Shown: positions 36,504 to 50,317, counted from the stretch's first letter. The stretch is DNA of 64,000 bases from Octopus sinensis (GCF_006345805.1 NC_042997.1:48980001-49044000), one strand, 5' to 3'. Program-made: numbers and translations. Notes: a model not told the origin generated them from the letters alone.

Positions 36504-39500
36504 ACCAACCATTATATCCTTACATCTTTTGATTGTACATATAATTGTATCGTTTTATACACACATACAATGAGGGAAGCGGGACCAGTTAACAACGAAA
36601 AATAAGATATTATTTATTTATCTCCCTAACAAGTGCGTGCATTATAAACACACCAACCATTGACTCCTAACATCTCTTGATTACACATATAATTGCATCT
36701 TGTATACACACAAGCGAAAACAGTTAACAACAATAACAACAACAAATAATAACATCTTATTTATCTCCCTAACAAGTGTGCTATATCTTCACCTTTTTTT
36801 TTTCTTTCTTTATTTCTTTGTTTACCTTGCACTACAGTACGGATGGGCAGACAGAGCAAAACTGCCACTGTATCATCCGTGGATGAGCCGTGCGACAAAA
36901 CTGGTCGCTGTCCTACAATAGAACGTTGCCCGGCAAATCACATCTGTCATCTATGCACAAAACACGAAAATTCCTTCCAAAATAGATGGCTTGAATGCAG
37001 TAAATGTCGTGTTTCGATCTGCTTTCAATGTGCCACAAACTTTCAGAAGATCCCAGGTCAAAAGAAAGGACACCATACTTCTATGATGGATAAACTCTGG
37101 GAAATGGTCCAGCTACCAAACTGGTCGTTTCAGTGCCTGACTTGTGTGTCCCCTCCCACCATTGCTGCTGAACGGCAAAAACCGACTACTTTGTCTCCCA
37201 AAACCAGTCCTGTTGATAAAGAACAACAGCAAAAACTGAAGCCGCCCATGTCTTCCTCCCCTGTCACTCTTCAACAGCAGCAACAAAAATCGGCCATTCA
37301 TGTTGAAGAACAACAAAAACAGAAACTTAAACCCCCTGTGTCTTCCTCCCCTATTGCTCTTCGACAACAAAAATTGATCATTCCAGCTGAAGTACATCAG
37401 CAGGAACAAAACCCAACCATGCCCTCCTCTCCTGATGCTTTCCAACTAAAGCAGAAATCGACCATCAGCACAGAAGTTGCAGAAATTAGACGAATGATTT
37501 CTGCTTTGAGTCGTGAAGTAGCAGGACTCAGAACCAGTGTCTGTCCGAAAACTCACAGCGAAGGGTCATATCGGAGTGCCCTGCTCAGCAACTTACCTGT
37601 AGCTCGTACAGAACCTCAACGCATCGAGGGAGTTGCTGAACCAGCCACTCATGAATTAATAGCCATCGGAGTGCCGGAAGATGTGGTAGATCTGCAGGCA
37701 TTCATTGGAAACACAGCTAAGGATCTCAGCTGTGTCCCTCCAAAAAGTGCTTCCCGCCTTGTTCGACCGGGATCCAAACCCAGGCTGATCAGGCTGTTGT
37801 TTACGGGCTTTACTGAGGCGCGGACATTCCATCTGGCTGCTGATAGAGCTCGGCGTGACAACATTATCAACTTTAGAACACGTCCTGGCCTACCACCCGA
37901 TGTACGCCCAAAGCTAAGATCTGTAGCTTCCCTAAATCGCAACTCTGTGCCACAGGAGAGTTTTAGGCTCCGCGATGATGGGCAAATCTGGAAATTTGTC
38001 AAGTCTGGTGAGTCGTGGATAAGGGATGCCAGTTGGACTGAGCAGACTACACCCACAACAACAACTGGCAATACAAAAATCTTGGGAAACTAACCAAGAA
38101 CAATAAGCCATCCCCTGTATATCATCATCTGAAATCCAGATATAAACTGCTGTCCTTGAATGCCCGTAGTTTATGCAACAAGGTGCATCTTTTTGACTCC
38201 TACGTCAAAAGTATCAACCCAGATTTCATCACAGTCACGGAAACATGGGCACACTTTGCACTCTGTGATGGAGTTTTCAGCATAGCCGACTACAACCTGT
38301 TCCGCAAAGACCGCATTAATCGCCGTGGAGGGGGTGTGATGATTTATGTTCGATCAAATCTATCGGCAATCCCCTGTGATGATTTGAACCAATCTCAGCA
38401 GGAAGTATATTTCTGCAATATACACATGACCATGTCAACACTTCTGCTCGGAGTCGTTTACCGCCCCCCAAATTATCGCCAAGACGCATAGCTTTTTGAT
38501 ATCCTCAGAGCTGCTGCCATGAAAACAACCACGTATGTGTATATTTCGGGCGACTTCAATTTCCCTGAGATTGAGGTTGGCCGCAAAGTGCAGACGATTT
38601 CCTTGAACTGGTGCTGAATTCAAATTGGTCCCAAGTTGTTACCTCCCCCACAAGGGGTAACAACACTTTGGATCTGCTACTTATCGCTTCTCCTGAAACA
38701 ATCATTAGTGTCGCTACCGAAGAACCTTTAGGTGACTCTGATCATCCCATGATCATGGCCGACTTGTCTCTGATTGGTTGCAACAAAAAACACAACCATC
38801 TTCAGACTGCCCGCTTCGACTGGAATAAAGCAAACTGGAGCTCTTATTGTACTGAGCTGCAACGCCCAAACTGGCTCGAATTTTATGCCTCTGGAGATGT
38901 GGACACTATACTCCAGAACATTCTGAATTCAAAATGGGCAGCATGTGCAGTATCAGTACCACGCAAGCACAAAAAAAAACACCCAATAGTGCAATTTGGG
39001 AGACTGCAGCAGTCCGACTTGCTAGGAAAGAACACCGTAATGCTGAACAGGAATACAAATTGCACAAATCAGAGAGCAACAGGAAAAAGCGCAATAGGTC
39101 AGCCAACCACCTCAAGCAGGTGACAAAAAAGGCAGTGCTTGAATTTGAACAATGCATTGCAGCTAACCCTGACAGCAAAGTGTTCTGGAAGTATGTGCAC
39201 TCAAAGCAGAGACCCCACTCTCCAGTTGGTCCCCTTCGCAATCCCCACACAGGACAGATTACTGGCAATCCCTAAGAATGTGCAGAAATCATTGCTGGAT
39301 GCTATGCCAGCATCTTTATTGTCGAAGACCAAAATGTTCCATCTTCATCACCACTGACATTGGACTCTATATCTATTATGCAATTTACACCAGCAATACT
39401 GCAACACCACCTTAAGAATAAACGCAATTATGCCTCTCCTGGTCTCGATGGTGTTACATACCTACTTCTCAAACGCGGTAGGTACTTTCTTCTAAGCCAA

Positions 39501-40945
39501 CTTTCTCTATTCTTCCAATTCTGTCTTGACAATGGTGTTACTCCAGAACAGTGGAAAACTACCAGTGTCATCCCTCTGTTCAAAAAAGGCGACCGCACAT
39601 CGCCTGTCAACTATCGTCCCGTCAGTCTTACCAGCTGCATCGCCAAACTGATGGAATCCTGTATCAGAGAAACCCTCTGGAACTTCTGGAAGTCTCACAG
39701 CCTCATCCAGCCGTCACAATTCGGATTTATTCCTAACTCCAGCTGCTATAATCAACTCATCGAGTTTCTTGAGGACGTTACCCAAATCACTGATCGCGGA
39801 TCCTGGGTGGATGTTGTTTACCTGGACTTTGCTAAGGCTTTTAACTCTGTGCCACACAAAAGACATATGGTGAAGCTTTCTCCGTTGGGTGTAAGAAACG
39901 AACTCTATAACTGGTTGAAGTCCTTTATTTTCGGCCGAAAAAAGGTTGTCACAGTTCTAGGACAGCACTCTTCACCCTATGAGATGACATCTGGTGAACC
40001 ACAGGGATCTGTTCTTGGCCCCCTTTTATTTGTTGCAATGTTAATGACATAGATGCCAACTTAAAGAATGCCACAGTGCTGAAATATGCAGATGACATCA
40101 AGCTGTACCTCGAAATAAAGAGGTCAAATCCCTATTGCAAGCAACACTAGTCTCAAAAGGTCTTCATGTGAACGTGACCTGGGTGTTATTGTCGACAGTG
40201 ATTTGCGTTGGGCAAAACACATCGCTAAAATTGTCAAGAAGGCTGAGGGTGTCTTGGCATCACTCACCAAATCCTTTGTGAGCCGCTCTCCGGCTATCTA
40301 TTTGCGGCTTTATATAGCTATGGTAAGACCTCACCTGGAATTTGCATCACCGGTCTGGAACCGCTATCTTGCCCAGGATATCAATCGTCTGGAAGCCGTT
40401 CAGCGACATGCAACCAAAAGAATACCCTCCATCAGGCATTTGCCATATCCTGAACGCCTTACTTTCCTGGGCATGGACACATTGAAACTCCGACGTCTGG
40501 CAGCTGACTTGGCAGACACCCATAAAATTATCAACCATCGTACAAACAATAACTCTGAGCACCTTTTCAAACTCCACCCATCTAACACCCGTGTACATAT
40601 TTACAAAGTCAGAAAGCAGCACAGCTCCCATGACTTCAGGAAACATTTTTTTCACGCTGAGAGTTGCTGAAGCATGGAACAAACTGCCGGCATCAGTTGT
40701 TAGTTGTCGGATCACTGCATCCTTCAAAACTTCCATGCTTTCTGAGATTCGCCAACACTACACCTGATCTTTCTCCCCTCCATACACACACAAGCATGTA
40801 TCTGACTCATACATTGTTCGCTTTCCAGACATTTCTACATTACTGCATGTACTTTATATGCACTTTCTGACAAGTTGTGGTGCACCTGAGCACTGTATAC
40901 AATAATTTCATTATTATTATTTATTATTATTATTATTATTATATA
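36504..40945 (+). mobile_element. Near full-length CR1-clade LINE (5' tandem repeats, ORF1, broken ORF2, (ATT)n tail)
   Basis: APE motifs LNARSL, VTETW, GDFN, TLDLLL, SDH; RT motifs DFAKAFNSVPH, PQGSVLGPLLF, YADD; stops, frameshifts and a deletion after YADD. Confidence 0.93.
36843..38093 (+). CDS. LINE ORF1 (416 aa) with PHD-like finger and coiled coil
   Basis: CHLC...CSKC-x4-C-x2-C...FQCLTC; heptad-like VAEIRRMISALSREVAGLRT; open frame directly upstream of the APE domain. Confidence 0.8.
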   Translation: MGRQSKTATVSSVDEPCDKTGRCPTIERCPANHICHLCTKHENSFQNRWLECSKCRVSICFQCATNFQKIPGQKKGHHTSMMDKLWEMVQLPNWSFQCLTCVSPPTIAAERQKPTTLSPKTSPVDKEQQQKLKPPMSSSPVTLQQQQQKSAIHVEEQQKQKLKPPVSSSPIALRQQKLIIPAEVHQQEQNPTMPSSPDAFQLKQKSTISTEVAEIRRMISALSREVAGLRTSVCPKTHSEGSYRSALLSNLPVARTEPQRIEGVAEPATHELIAIGVPEDVVDLQAFIGNTAKDLSCVPPKSASRLVRPGSKPRLIRLLFTGFTEARTFHLAADRARRDNIINFRTRPGLPPDVRPKLRSVASLNRNSVPQESFRLRDDGQIWKFVKSGESWIRDASWTEQTTPTTTTGNTKILGN

Positions 40946-40947
40946 TA

Positions 40948-41267
40948 GGACCACTCCGTCGGTTAGGCCGACGAGGATCCAGGATGATACGCTCAACGGC
41001 ACAGCTTTCTCGTGGAATTAACGTGCAAGTAGCTGAGCACTCCACAGATAATGTACCTTTAACGTAGTTCTCAGGGAAATTCAGCGAGACACAGAGTGTG
41101 ACAAGGCTGACCCTTTGAAATACGGGTACTATTCATTTTTGCCAGCTGAGTGGACTGGAGCACCGAAAATAAAGTGTCTTGCACAAGGAAACAACGGATC
41201 GCCGGGTATGAACTCACGACCTTACGATCATGAGTCGAAAGCCCCTAACCACTCAGTCACGCGCCTT

Positions 41268-41268
<1 letters not shown>
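40948..41268 (-). mobile_element. tRNA-derived SINE family D
   Basis: Minus head ggcgcgtgactgagtggttag ... gagttcatacc; ccttgtgcaagacacttt core. Confidence 0.8.
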
Positions 41269-41304
<36 letters not shown>

Positions 41305-41316
41305 TACGCACACGCA

Positions 41317-41351
<35 letters not shown>

Positions 41352-42293
41352 GCACATACACACATATATATATACACACACGTTTCTATTAGTTACTGGT
41401 AAGTTTACATTAAAGCTTGTAAGGGTAATATATATTAATGAGTATTTAGTGTTTTTATTATTAACTTTTGAATTCTGAAATAATGTATTTAACTCATAAT
41501 TATTAATTCATTCATGAAATTAAATTCAATTGTGTTTCGTTTTGGCGAGAATTGAAATAAAGCTTTCACTGTCTTTTATTATACAAGTAACTATGGAAGA
41601 CTGGTGGGATTATCATTTGTACAGACTTTCAAATTGGTCACTATTTAATATATAATTTAGTTATTGTAGTTTTACTATTAATACCGATACAGATGTACAT
41701 AGATTTTGTGTGTTTCTTTGTTGTAGTTTAATTTTAAAGTTAATGTTTAATCCTGCCTATATTTATATAATGTGGTTATTAAGCTTTCACGTTTATATTA
41801 TATTATGGAAGACTGTAGGGAATAAAGCGTATGGCTTAAAGGTTTGATCGCTGTTTCGTTACATATTTAGGAGTTGGTTATAGATTTATTTATTGTATTT
41901 ATTTACTGATTCTGTTGTTCATAGGGTAAACGTGTTTCAAAGTTGTGGTTTCTTTGGTATGTTTGTACCCAAGCAACACTTATTTTTGTGCTGTTGGCAC
42001 CGCCGGTTTGAATGGTTCGGCCCAGGTGTCGAAACCATAATGATATCCGTGGGGCAGCTGATGATGGTTTGTTGGTATGGCTGTTTTTGTATATGTGGAA
42101 TAGGATTATAACACATCCTTTCGATATATATATGTGTGTGTGTGTGTGTGTTCACGCGTGTGTATGTGTATGTATATACATAGATATTTGCATGTGTCTA
42201 TATATACATATGTATGTGTGTGTGCGTGTGTGTGTGTATTGACACAGATATTTTCATGTGTTATTACATATATATATATATATACACACACTC

Positions 42294-42332
<39 letters not shown>

Positions 42333-42944
42333 AGCATGTGTCTATATTTATATATATGTATGTATGTATGCATGTGTATGTATATATGTTTATGCATATG
42401 TACAGAACTAATGAAAATAAAGGGTGACCAAAATAAATACATGAGTAAATCTTTAAATATAGCATACCATGTTTGATGGATACGTGTAAGTATATGTGCT
42501 TATGTGTGTAAGTGTAAATAAGAAAAATATTTGAAAAACCTTCGAGCAATGCAGGAGAGGAATTAGCAAAAATATGTAACGTGATGAAAGATACTGAATT
42601 ACGTTGCATGGATTTTAATGATCGTAAAATACTTTGGGAAAGTTTCCCTTTTCAAATACAAGAAAATAAAGTGTTTCGAAATATAAAATCAGTAGGCAAT
42701 CTATGTAACATATTCATATACTCTAACTAATGTCTGTGTCCTGTCTGTCATAGAATCACAGCCTTCCAGTCATTGTATGTTCTAGTATTATTCAGGTGCT
42801 TATCGCGTTCCCTAATATTCGAAATTTTGATCGAAATCCATTATTTAATTCAAGGAGGTAAATTTTCATTGTTATCTGTGCGAAGAATATTCTTGCAATA
42901 TTTATATACGTTTTGCTTTTCCGCTTGGACCTGAGTATATATCG

Positions 42945-43095
42945 GTTTCAAATTCTGGCACAAAGCCAGCAATTTCGGGGAGGGTGTAAGTCGATTACAT
43001 CTAACCCATTGCTCAGTTGGTACTTATTTTATCGACCCTGAAAGGATGAAAGGCAATGTTGACCTCGGAGGAATTTGAACTCACAACGTGAAGAC
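42945..43095 (-). mobile_element. SINE family E, partial
   Basis: Reverse match to 6330-6465. Confidence 0.75.
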
Positions 43096-43252
43096 GGACG
43101 AATAAACACACGCATATAATGTTCACCTCTCTGCAAGATCGACTGAGGAGATAATAAGAACCTAGATATAGAGGGATCTTTCAATCGAAATGACGTAAGC
43201 AACGTAAACTGGTGAACTTCAAGAATATTTTCAAGAGAGATGGTATGAATAT

Positions 43253-43530
43253 CTATTATATAAAATCCATTCTGTCTGTCTGTGTGTGTGTGTCTTCTAG
43301 GATCCCGGGCATCCTCCATCCGATTGCGCTCAAATTTGATATGTAGATGCCGATATGTAGATCAGGGCGTGTATAAGTCTTGAAAAAATTACAAAAATCG
43401 ATTCCAGGTGAGAATGCGATCGATAAAGCCGTGGGGACGGGTATTTGTACGCGCAAGTGCATCAGCTGTTCCGATCGATACTACGCGTACGCGAGAAATG
43501 CACGTGCATTTTGCGCAAGAAAAGCCGGCT
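43253..43530 (+). mobile_element. Helitron 5' fragment
   Basis: A|TCTATTATATAAAATCC + tgtctgtctgtgtg, and the ccgattgcgctcaaattt motif shared with the 21299 array; 3' end not identified. Confidence 0.6.
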
Positions 43531-44825
43531 GGCTTGAAATAATGCTACAAAATGCAGAATATTTAAGAGACCAAAAGAGTAAAATGCAAAAGAGATATTT
43601 TCTTCAAACTTGGCTTGAAAGACTATTTGGTTTCTCAAGAAGTTTTTTTTTTTTTTGCCTTAACTTCGTTTAACAAAACCAACAGTTTTATTGAAGTAAT
43701 GGCATGCTTAAGGCTGCGCTCCACTAGCTTTCCATGCCCTTGAACATCCCGTAAAGTAAGTTAGCTTAAAATTAGTTACTTAGTTCCCTAGGTTGTTGCT
43801 TTTCATCAAAAATCGCCCCAAGTTGATTTCCTACATGTTTTATCGGATAAACTTATTATTGTCCCAGGTACGTTCTCTTCGTTTTTGTCCTGCTTTTCTT
43901 CCGTCAACCTGTACATAACTGCACCTTCCATTTTTTTGTTGTTTTTGTGCTGCTTAAAGGCACGTTTCTTTCCTGCCAAGCTTACTATTTAAACTATGTT
44001 TGTTTTCTCCCAGTCAACAGCCTTATCATTACTGGTACTTTAAACTCTTCGGTTGCATATTTGTGTGAATAAAATAGAAAAAAAGTCGATCTTTATTTCT
44101 TCTTTTGCTGGTGTCTCAAATTTAGGTTAAATCAGTGTTTCTCAAAGGGGAGGCCTATGGGACGGTCGTACAAACTGTTTTGAGAAAATTTGGTTTAAAT
44201 GTTTGACAACTCGGCACGGTGGGGGGGTCGTTTTGTTTATCTATATATCTAATACAAAAGTTATTGCAGAATAACGGTGGTTGTAAAACATTAAAAAAAT
44301 ATGTAAGATTAGGTAAATACTAGAATATAGAAAAATAATATTGGACATAGATGAATGAGTCATTCTTATGTGACGTTAGTTTTCTTAGTTTTAAGGAAGC
44401 AAAGCACTTAGAAACATGAATTTTATAGTGGGAGGATTGCCTCATTATGCGTTCAAACGTTTCTATATTGTATAGAATAGAATGACAAATTAAAAAATAT
44501 ATATAGTACACACACACACACATACACGCGTGTGTTCGTGTATGTCTACGTATGTATTACAGTCAATATCTGCGTCGAAAAAATTTCCAAATTAAGCAAG
44601 TTAAGTTAATAAATGTTTAGGAATGTGTAAATGCGCATTGAGGTTGAATATGTTTTAAGAATATACACCAGAGAGACTAAACAGAGTACTTTCTTCTTCG
44701 GTTATAACAACTGAATTTTGTAGTTGGTTAGCTAGTGCCTTTTATTTGGCTATTCTCTGGAAATTAAGTACTAATACATAGGGGGGGGGGGGGTGAAATT
44801 ACCTAATCTATGCATATATATATAT

Positions 44826-44870
<45 letters not shown>

Positions 44871-44871
44871 T

Positions 44872-45332
44872 TTACTCTTTTACTCTTTTATTTGTTTCAG
44901 TCATTTGAATGTGGCTATGCTGGAGCACTGCCTCAAGTCGATCAAATCGACCCCACGACTTATTCTTTGTAAGCCTAGTGCTTATTCTATCGGTCTCTTT
45001 TGCCGAACCACTAAGTTATGGGGATGTAAACACACCAGCATCGTTTGTCAAGCGATGTTGGGGAAACAAACACAGACACACAAACATATATCTGCGTCGA
45101 AAAGATTTCTATATATATATATATATACGACGGGTTTCTTTCAGTTTCCGTCTACCAAATCCACTCACAAGGCTTTGGTCTGCCAGAGGCTATAGTAGAA
45201 GACACTTGCCCAAGGTGCCATGCAGTGGGACTGAACCCGGAACCATGTGATTGGTAAGCAAGCTACTTTATTTTATATCATTTGCCATAAAGGCAGTACA
45301 CAGCTACTTACCACACAGCCACTCCTACGTCT
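44872..45332 (-). mobile_element. SINE family A, full length
   Basis: tRNA head, ccttgggcaagtgtcttctac domain, internal (TA)n, (gagtaaaa)n tail. Confidence 0.9.
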
Positions 45333-45374
45333 TTATATATGTTGTTACACATCACTGGTCACGATGCATTGTTT

Positions 45375-45510
45375 TAGCCTTCGAATGAAGGAGCCTCGTG
45401 GAGCTTTTATGTGTTTTCGTTCAATAAACACTCACAACGCCCGGTCTGGGAATCGAAACCGCGATCCTACGACCGCGAGTCCGCAGCCCTAACCACTGGG
45501 CCATTGCGCC
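45375..45510 (-). mobile_element. Short tRNA-derived SINE
   Basis: Minus: ggcgcaatggcccagtggttag ... gtttcgattccc. Confidence 0.75.
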
Positions 45511-45512
45511 TT

Positions 45513-45583
<71 letters not shown>

Positions 45584-45655
45584 GTATATATATATGTATA
45601 TGTATATATATATGTATATATATATGTATATATATATATATATGTATGTATATGT

Positions 45656-45689
<34 letters not shown>

Positions 45690-45695
45690 GCATAT

Positions 45696-45731
<36 letters not shown>

Positions 45732-45777
45732 GTATATATATATGTATGTATATATATATATATACATATATATACGT

Positions 45778-45842
<65 letters not shown>

Positions 45843-45848
45843 TATACC

Positions 45849-48800
45849 CAGATGTGAGAAGGGCGGCAGCTGAACAGCAGTCTTTTTTGTGCATGGCACA
45901 AAAAATTGTTCAGCAGCTGACCTGGCTACAAGCACAAAGCTGGAACTACCACCACATAAGGCCACCTCCAACAGATGCAGGATGGCCACCACAGACACCA
46001 ACACCAACACACACACCACAAAAATATTTCTACTGAATGTAGGAGGGCTGCTGCGCGGAAACTGTAAAAAGAAAATTCATTCCTGAGAGACCTTGTGACA
46101 TGCAATCAAGCTATATGCATGGCACTCACAGAAACGCATCTTGAACCCGATATAGGTGATGCAGAAATACACATGCCGCAATATGCAGTCATAGCACAGA
46201 TAGAAAAGGGAGGAGCCATGGTGGAGTTGCAATGTACATCCGAGATGACCTCACGCCCCAGGTCCTGCTGTCATATTCAAACTCAGTATGTGAAACTCAA
46301 ATTGTACACATAAGACAACTGAATATCGTCATATGCACTACATATCGCCCACCAGACGCCCCAAACCAAACTCCAGGCATGTTTGAAGACTGCCTACAAA
46401 AATAGGAGAAGTCCTCACCAACCTTGAACATCACAACAGTGTATTCTTCATGGGTGACTTTAACCTCCCCAATGTGGAATGGCCTGGGGGCAGATGCTCC
46501 AGGGATGACACACCATCAGCAGGCACAGGTGGAGTCCCTGCTCCATCTCACAAATACCTCTTTCATGGAGCAATAGTTCTGCAACCAACAAGGGCAGATA
46601 ATATACTGGATCTCTGCTTTACAAACAATATGGATATTATCCATAATGTTAATGTGATGCCGACAATGATCTCGGATCACAACATAATAGAGCTGTCTAT
46701 GTATGGAACAAAAGCCCCCGCAGACACACAGCCTATACGAAGCACCCACCATCTCTCCAACTTAAACTTTCATAAAGCCAACTGGAAGTCGATTGAGAAA
46801 GAGATCCAAACAGGATTGGCCTGAATGTCTCTCCACACCACACCGACATAAACATGAAACACAACACTTCATGTCCATAATACAAGCATATGTGACAAAT
46901 ATGTCCCAATGTGCAGGGCCAGCACACACAAGAATAAAAAACAGGATCCCTAGAGAAAGGAGGATTCTTATGAGGGACGACGGACAAGGATTGCAAAACC
47001 GCCTGAGCAAGCACACCAAAAGTGGTGAGAAGTCTCGGCTCGAAGAAGAAGCTAATGGAAAACTGAGAAAAGTCTACATCAGTCCCATGAAATGAAAAGG
47101 AAGAGCAGATAAAGAAGCTTGGGTAATAGAAAATATAAAATCAAACCCTAAAGCTTTCTTTAGTTTGCCAAAGAGACAGCCACAGTGCCACCAGAGAATA
47201 GGACCTCTCTTCTCAAAAAGATGGCTCTCTCACAGGAAATCCCACGAGGATAAGTGAAATACTGAACGAACAGTTCCAAAGTGTGTTCACTACACCTCTA
47301 GGACACAGGCAAGTAAACAACCCAGAAGAATTCTTTTGCCACTTTACCAGCGGCCAAAGAGACAAAAATGAGTACATCAACATCGAAGAAGATGATATCA
47401 CACTAGCCATTGATGAGATTGACACAAACTCAGCTGCTGGACCTGATGGATTCCCAGCGATCCTTCTCAAATCGTGCAACGAGCCCTTGCAAAACCGCTA
47501 CAGCTTCTTTTTCAGAGCTTTCTTGCAAGTGGTAAGCTCCCAGTCAAACTGAAAGAGGGGGTAATATGCCCTATCCATAAGGGAGGTAGCAGAGCAGATG
47601 CTAAAAATTATAGGCCTATCTCTCTGACCTCACACATCAGCAAAGTCATGGAACGAATAGTCCGTAAGAAACTAATCATGTTCCTTGAAGAAAATGACTT
47701 GCTGTCTGACACCACAGCATGGATTTCGACCAGGTAGAGGCTGCCTAACACAGCTCCTGCAACACTATGACTGGGTGTTGAAAACAGCTACTAAATGGCT
47801 CAAATGTGGATGTAATATATCTTGACTTTGCAAAAGCCTTTGATAAAGTCGACCATGGTATGATCTGTCACAAACTGCGTGGTCTCGGCATAGGCGGAAC
47901 TTTGGAGAGTGGCTGCACAACTTCCTAAAAGACAGAAAACAGGCAGTTGTGAGCAATGGAGCCACCTCCAAGGAAACGCAAATAACAAGCGGTGTCCCAC
48001 AGGGCACTGTCTTGGGGCCACTGATGTTCATAGTGGCCCTTTCAGACATGCCTTCAGTTGCTACGATGACCACCCTTGCTAGCTATGCAGATGACACAAA
48101 AGTCTCCCACGCAATACACAAACCCTGAAAATATTGCGCATCTGCAACATGAGCTGGACACAATATACAGGTGGGCTGAGGACAACAACATGCAGTTTAA
48201 TGCAGGTAAGTTCCAGGCCCTGCGCTACTGGCACACAAAGGTAAATGACGTGAAGACTGGATACACTGGCCCAGGAAGAATTGCAATCCCTGAGTCAAAA
48301 TCAGTGCGTGACCTGGGCATTGACATGAGCAATGATGCATCTTTCCAAATGCATATTGCTAATCTGGTGATAAATGCAGACGGCTAGCTGGATGGATTCT
48401 CGAACTTTCAGAACAAGAGAGAAGGAGACACTGATGGTCCTATGGAAAACATTTGTCCTCAGCCGCTTGGACTACTGCTCCCAACTTTGGTCACCACACA
48501 ATATAAACAACAGCAGAACTCGAAGCAATTCAGAGAAGCTAACAAAGAAAATCGTCGTCTCAATGCAAAATGTCAGCTACTGGGAAAGACTGAAGGTATT
48601 AAACCTCTTTCTCCCTGGAGCGGAGGCGGGAGAGATATGCAGTGATATACATCTGGAAAATCCTGGAGGGTCTTGTCCCCAACTTTGGCATTCAAAGTTA
48701 CTCCAACCACCGCAGAACGGGGCGCCGCTGCGTGGTGCCAAGGATTCCAACATCACCATCAAAATACAGGTCCAGATACTGCAACAGCTTGGGTTTCAGA

Positions 48801-49087
48801 GGACCACAGCTCTTTAACATCCTCCCTAAATGCCTGAGAGACTTACATGGTGTGGATGTGGGTTTCTTTAAAACTAAACTGGATCTCTTCTTGTGGGAGT
48901 CCCAGATGAACCTACCTCACGACAGGAGACACGGATGCGGGCAGCAGCATCGAACTCCCTTGTTGATCAAGTGCCACGTATCAGAGGTGGATTCACAAAC
49001 TAGTGTAGCTCATTCAGCGGTGGTGCCCCAGCATGGCGCGGCCTTCGGGCTAAAACATTTTTAAGGATTTAAGGATTTAAGGATTTA
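45849..49087 (+). mobile_element. CR1/L2-group LINE truncated within ORF1, frameshifted ORF2
   Basis: [27 protein letters not shown] (APE); LDFAKAFDKVDH, YADD (RT); (aaggattt)n tail. Confidence 0.93.
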
Positions 49088-49618
49088 TAATATATTATTA
49101 TATATATATATATACGTATATATATATATAGATATAACACGTATATATATATATTTATATATATATATATACGTATATATATGTATATATAATATACGTA
49201 TATATATATATATATATACGTATATATACGTATATATATATACGTATATATATATATGTATATATATGGATATAGTATGTATATATATAATATACGTATA
49301 TATATGTATATATATATTATGTTATAATGTATATAATATATATTACGTATATATATGTATATTATATATATACGTATATATATGTATATATATATATACG
49401 TATATATATGTATATATATATATACGTATATATGTAGTATATATATACGTATATTATGTATATATATAATATACGTATATATATGTATATATATATATGT
49501 ATATATATGTATATATATATATACGTATATGTATATGTATATATATATATACGTATATGTATATATATATATATACGTATATATATGTATATATATATAC
49601 GTATATATATGTATATAC

Positions 49619-49651
<33 letters not shown>

Positions 49652-49787
49652 AATATACATATATATGTAAATATATATATATATACATATATATATACAC
49701 ATATATATATACATATATATATACATATATATACATATATATATATATACATATATATATACATATATATATATATACATATATATA
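49088..49787. repeat. Degenerate (TA)n/(TATACG)n microsatellite
   Basis: Direct reading. Confidence 0.95.
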
Positions 49788-50239
49788 TAGTGCTAGAGTC
49801 GACCACTTGGTGTTAAATGGATGTACTTAAATTAGTATCCAATTTTCTCACCCTTATTAGTTGATTGTAATTATACTACATTTAATTTTGGATGTAGTAT
49901 CTGTTTCCGTGAATTTTGGCGGGCTGTGGCAGGGGCACTTGAATTATAACAGCGAATGCAATCGACTGAACCGCACGTGTGTTTATCGTTATGGTAAAAT
50001 CTAGCGTGCGGTTGAGTAAATTGTATTCTTGACGGGTTCGACTGAAGAGCTACAGATATGTTGTGTGAGTAAAATTACATAACTTATTAATAGCGAAACA
50101 ATTGTCCTGAACTAATCTGCATTTTTGTTATTTTTATTTGCCCTGTTCGTTTGCGCTGGTAGTCGTGCTAACTTTCATCGGAAACAATTCTTTGTGGCTG
50201 AAACCTAGCGCATCTATTTTTAGTGCTAGAGTCGACCAC
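49788..50239 (+). mobile_element. 433-bp monomer with 19-bp terminal direct repeat and a hammerhead
   Basis: tagtgctagagtcgaccac at 49788-49806 and 50221-50239; HHR at 50036-50112. Confidence 0.75.
50036..50112 (+). ncRNA. Type I hammerhead, canonical CUGAAGA core, GUC site
   Basis: GTTCGA CTGAAGA GCTA [38 nt] TAGC GAAA CAATTG TC CTGAAC; the first stem I pair is an A.C mismatch. Confidence 0.75.
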
Positions 50240-50317
50240 ATAATGGTTGCTTTCTTATATTTATGTATATATATATATGAATATATATATATATGAATAT
50301 ATATATATATATCTTTA

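Noticed and set aside
42020-42080. Type II hammerhead (GAAA ... CTGATGA)
   Set aside because: Stems II and III do not pair.
43707-43730. Harbinger-like TIR (TAAGGCTGCGCTCCAC)
   Set aside because: No partner end was seen.
44134-44295. hAT/Charlie MITE (CAGTGTTTCTCAAA)
   Set aside because: The right TIR is very degenerate and no 8-bp TSD was found.
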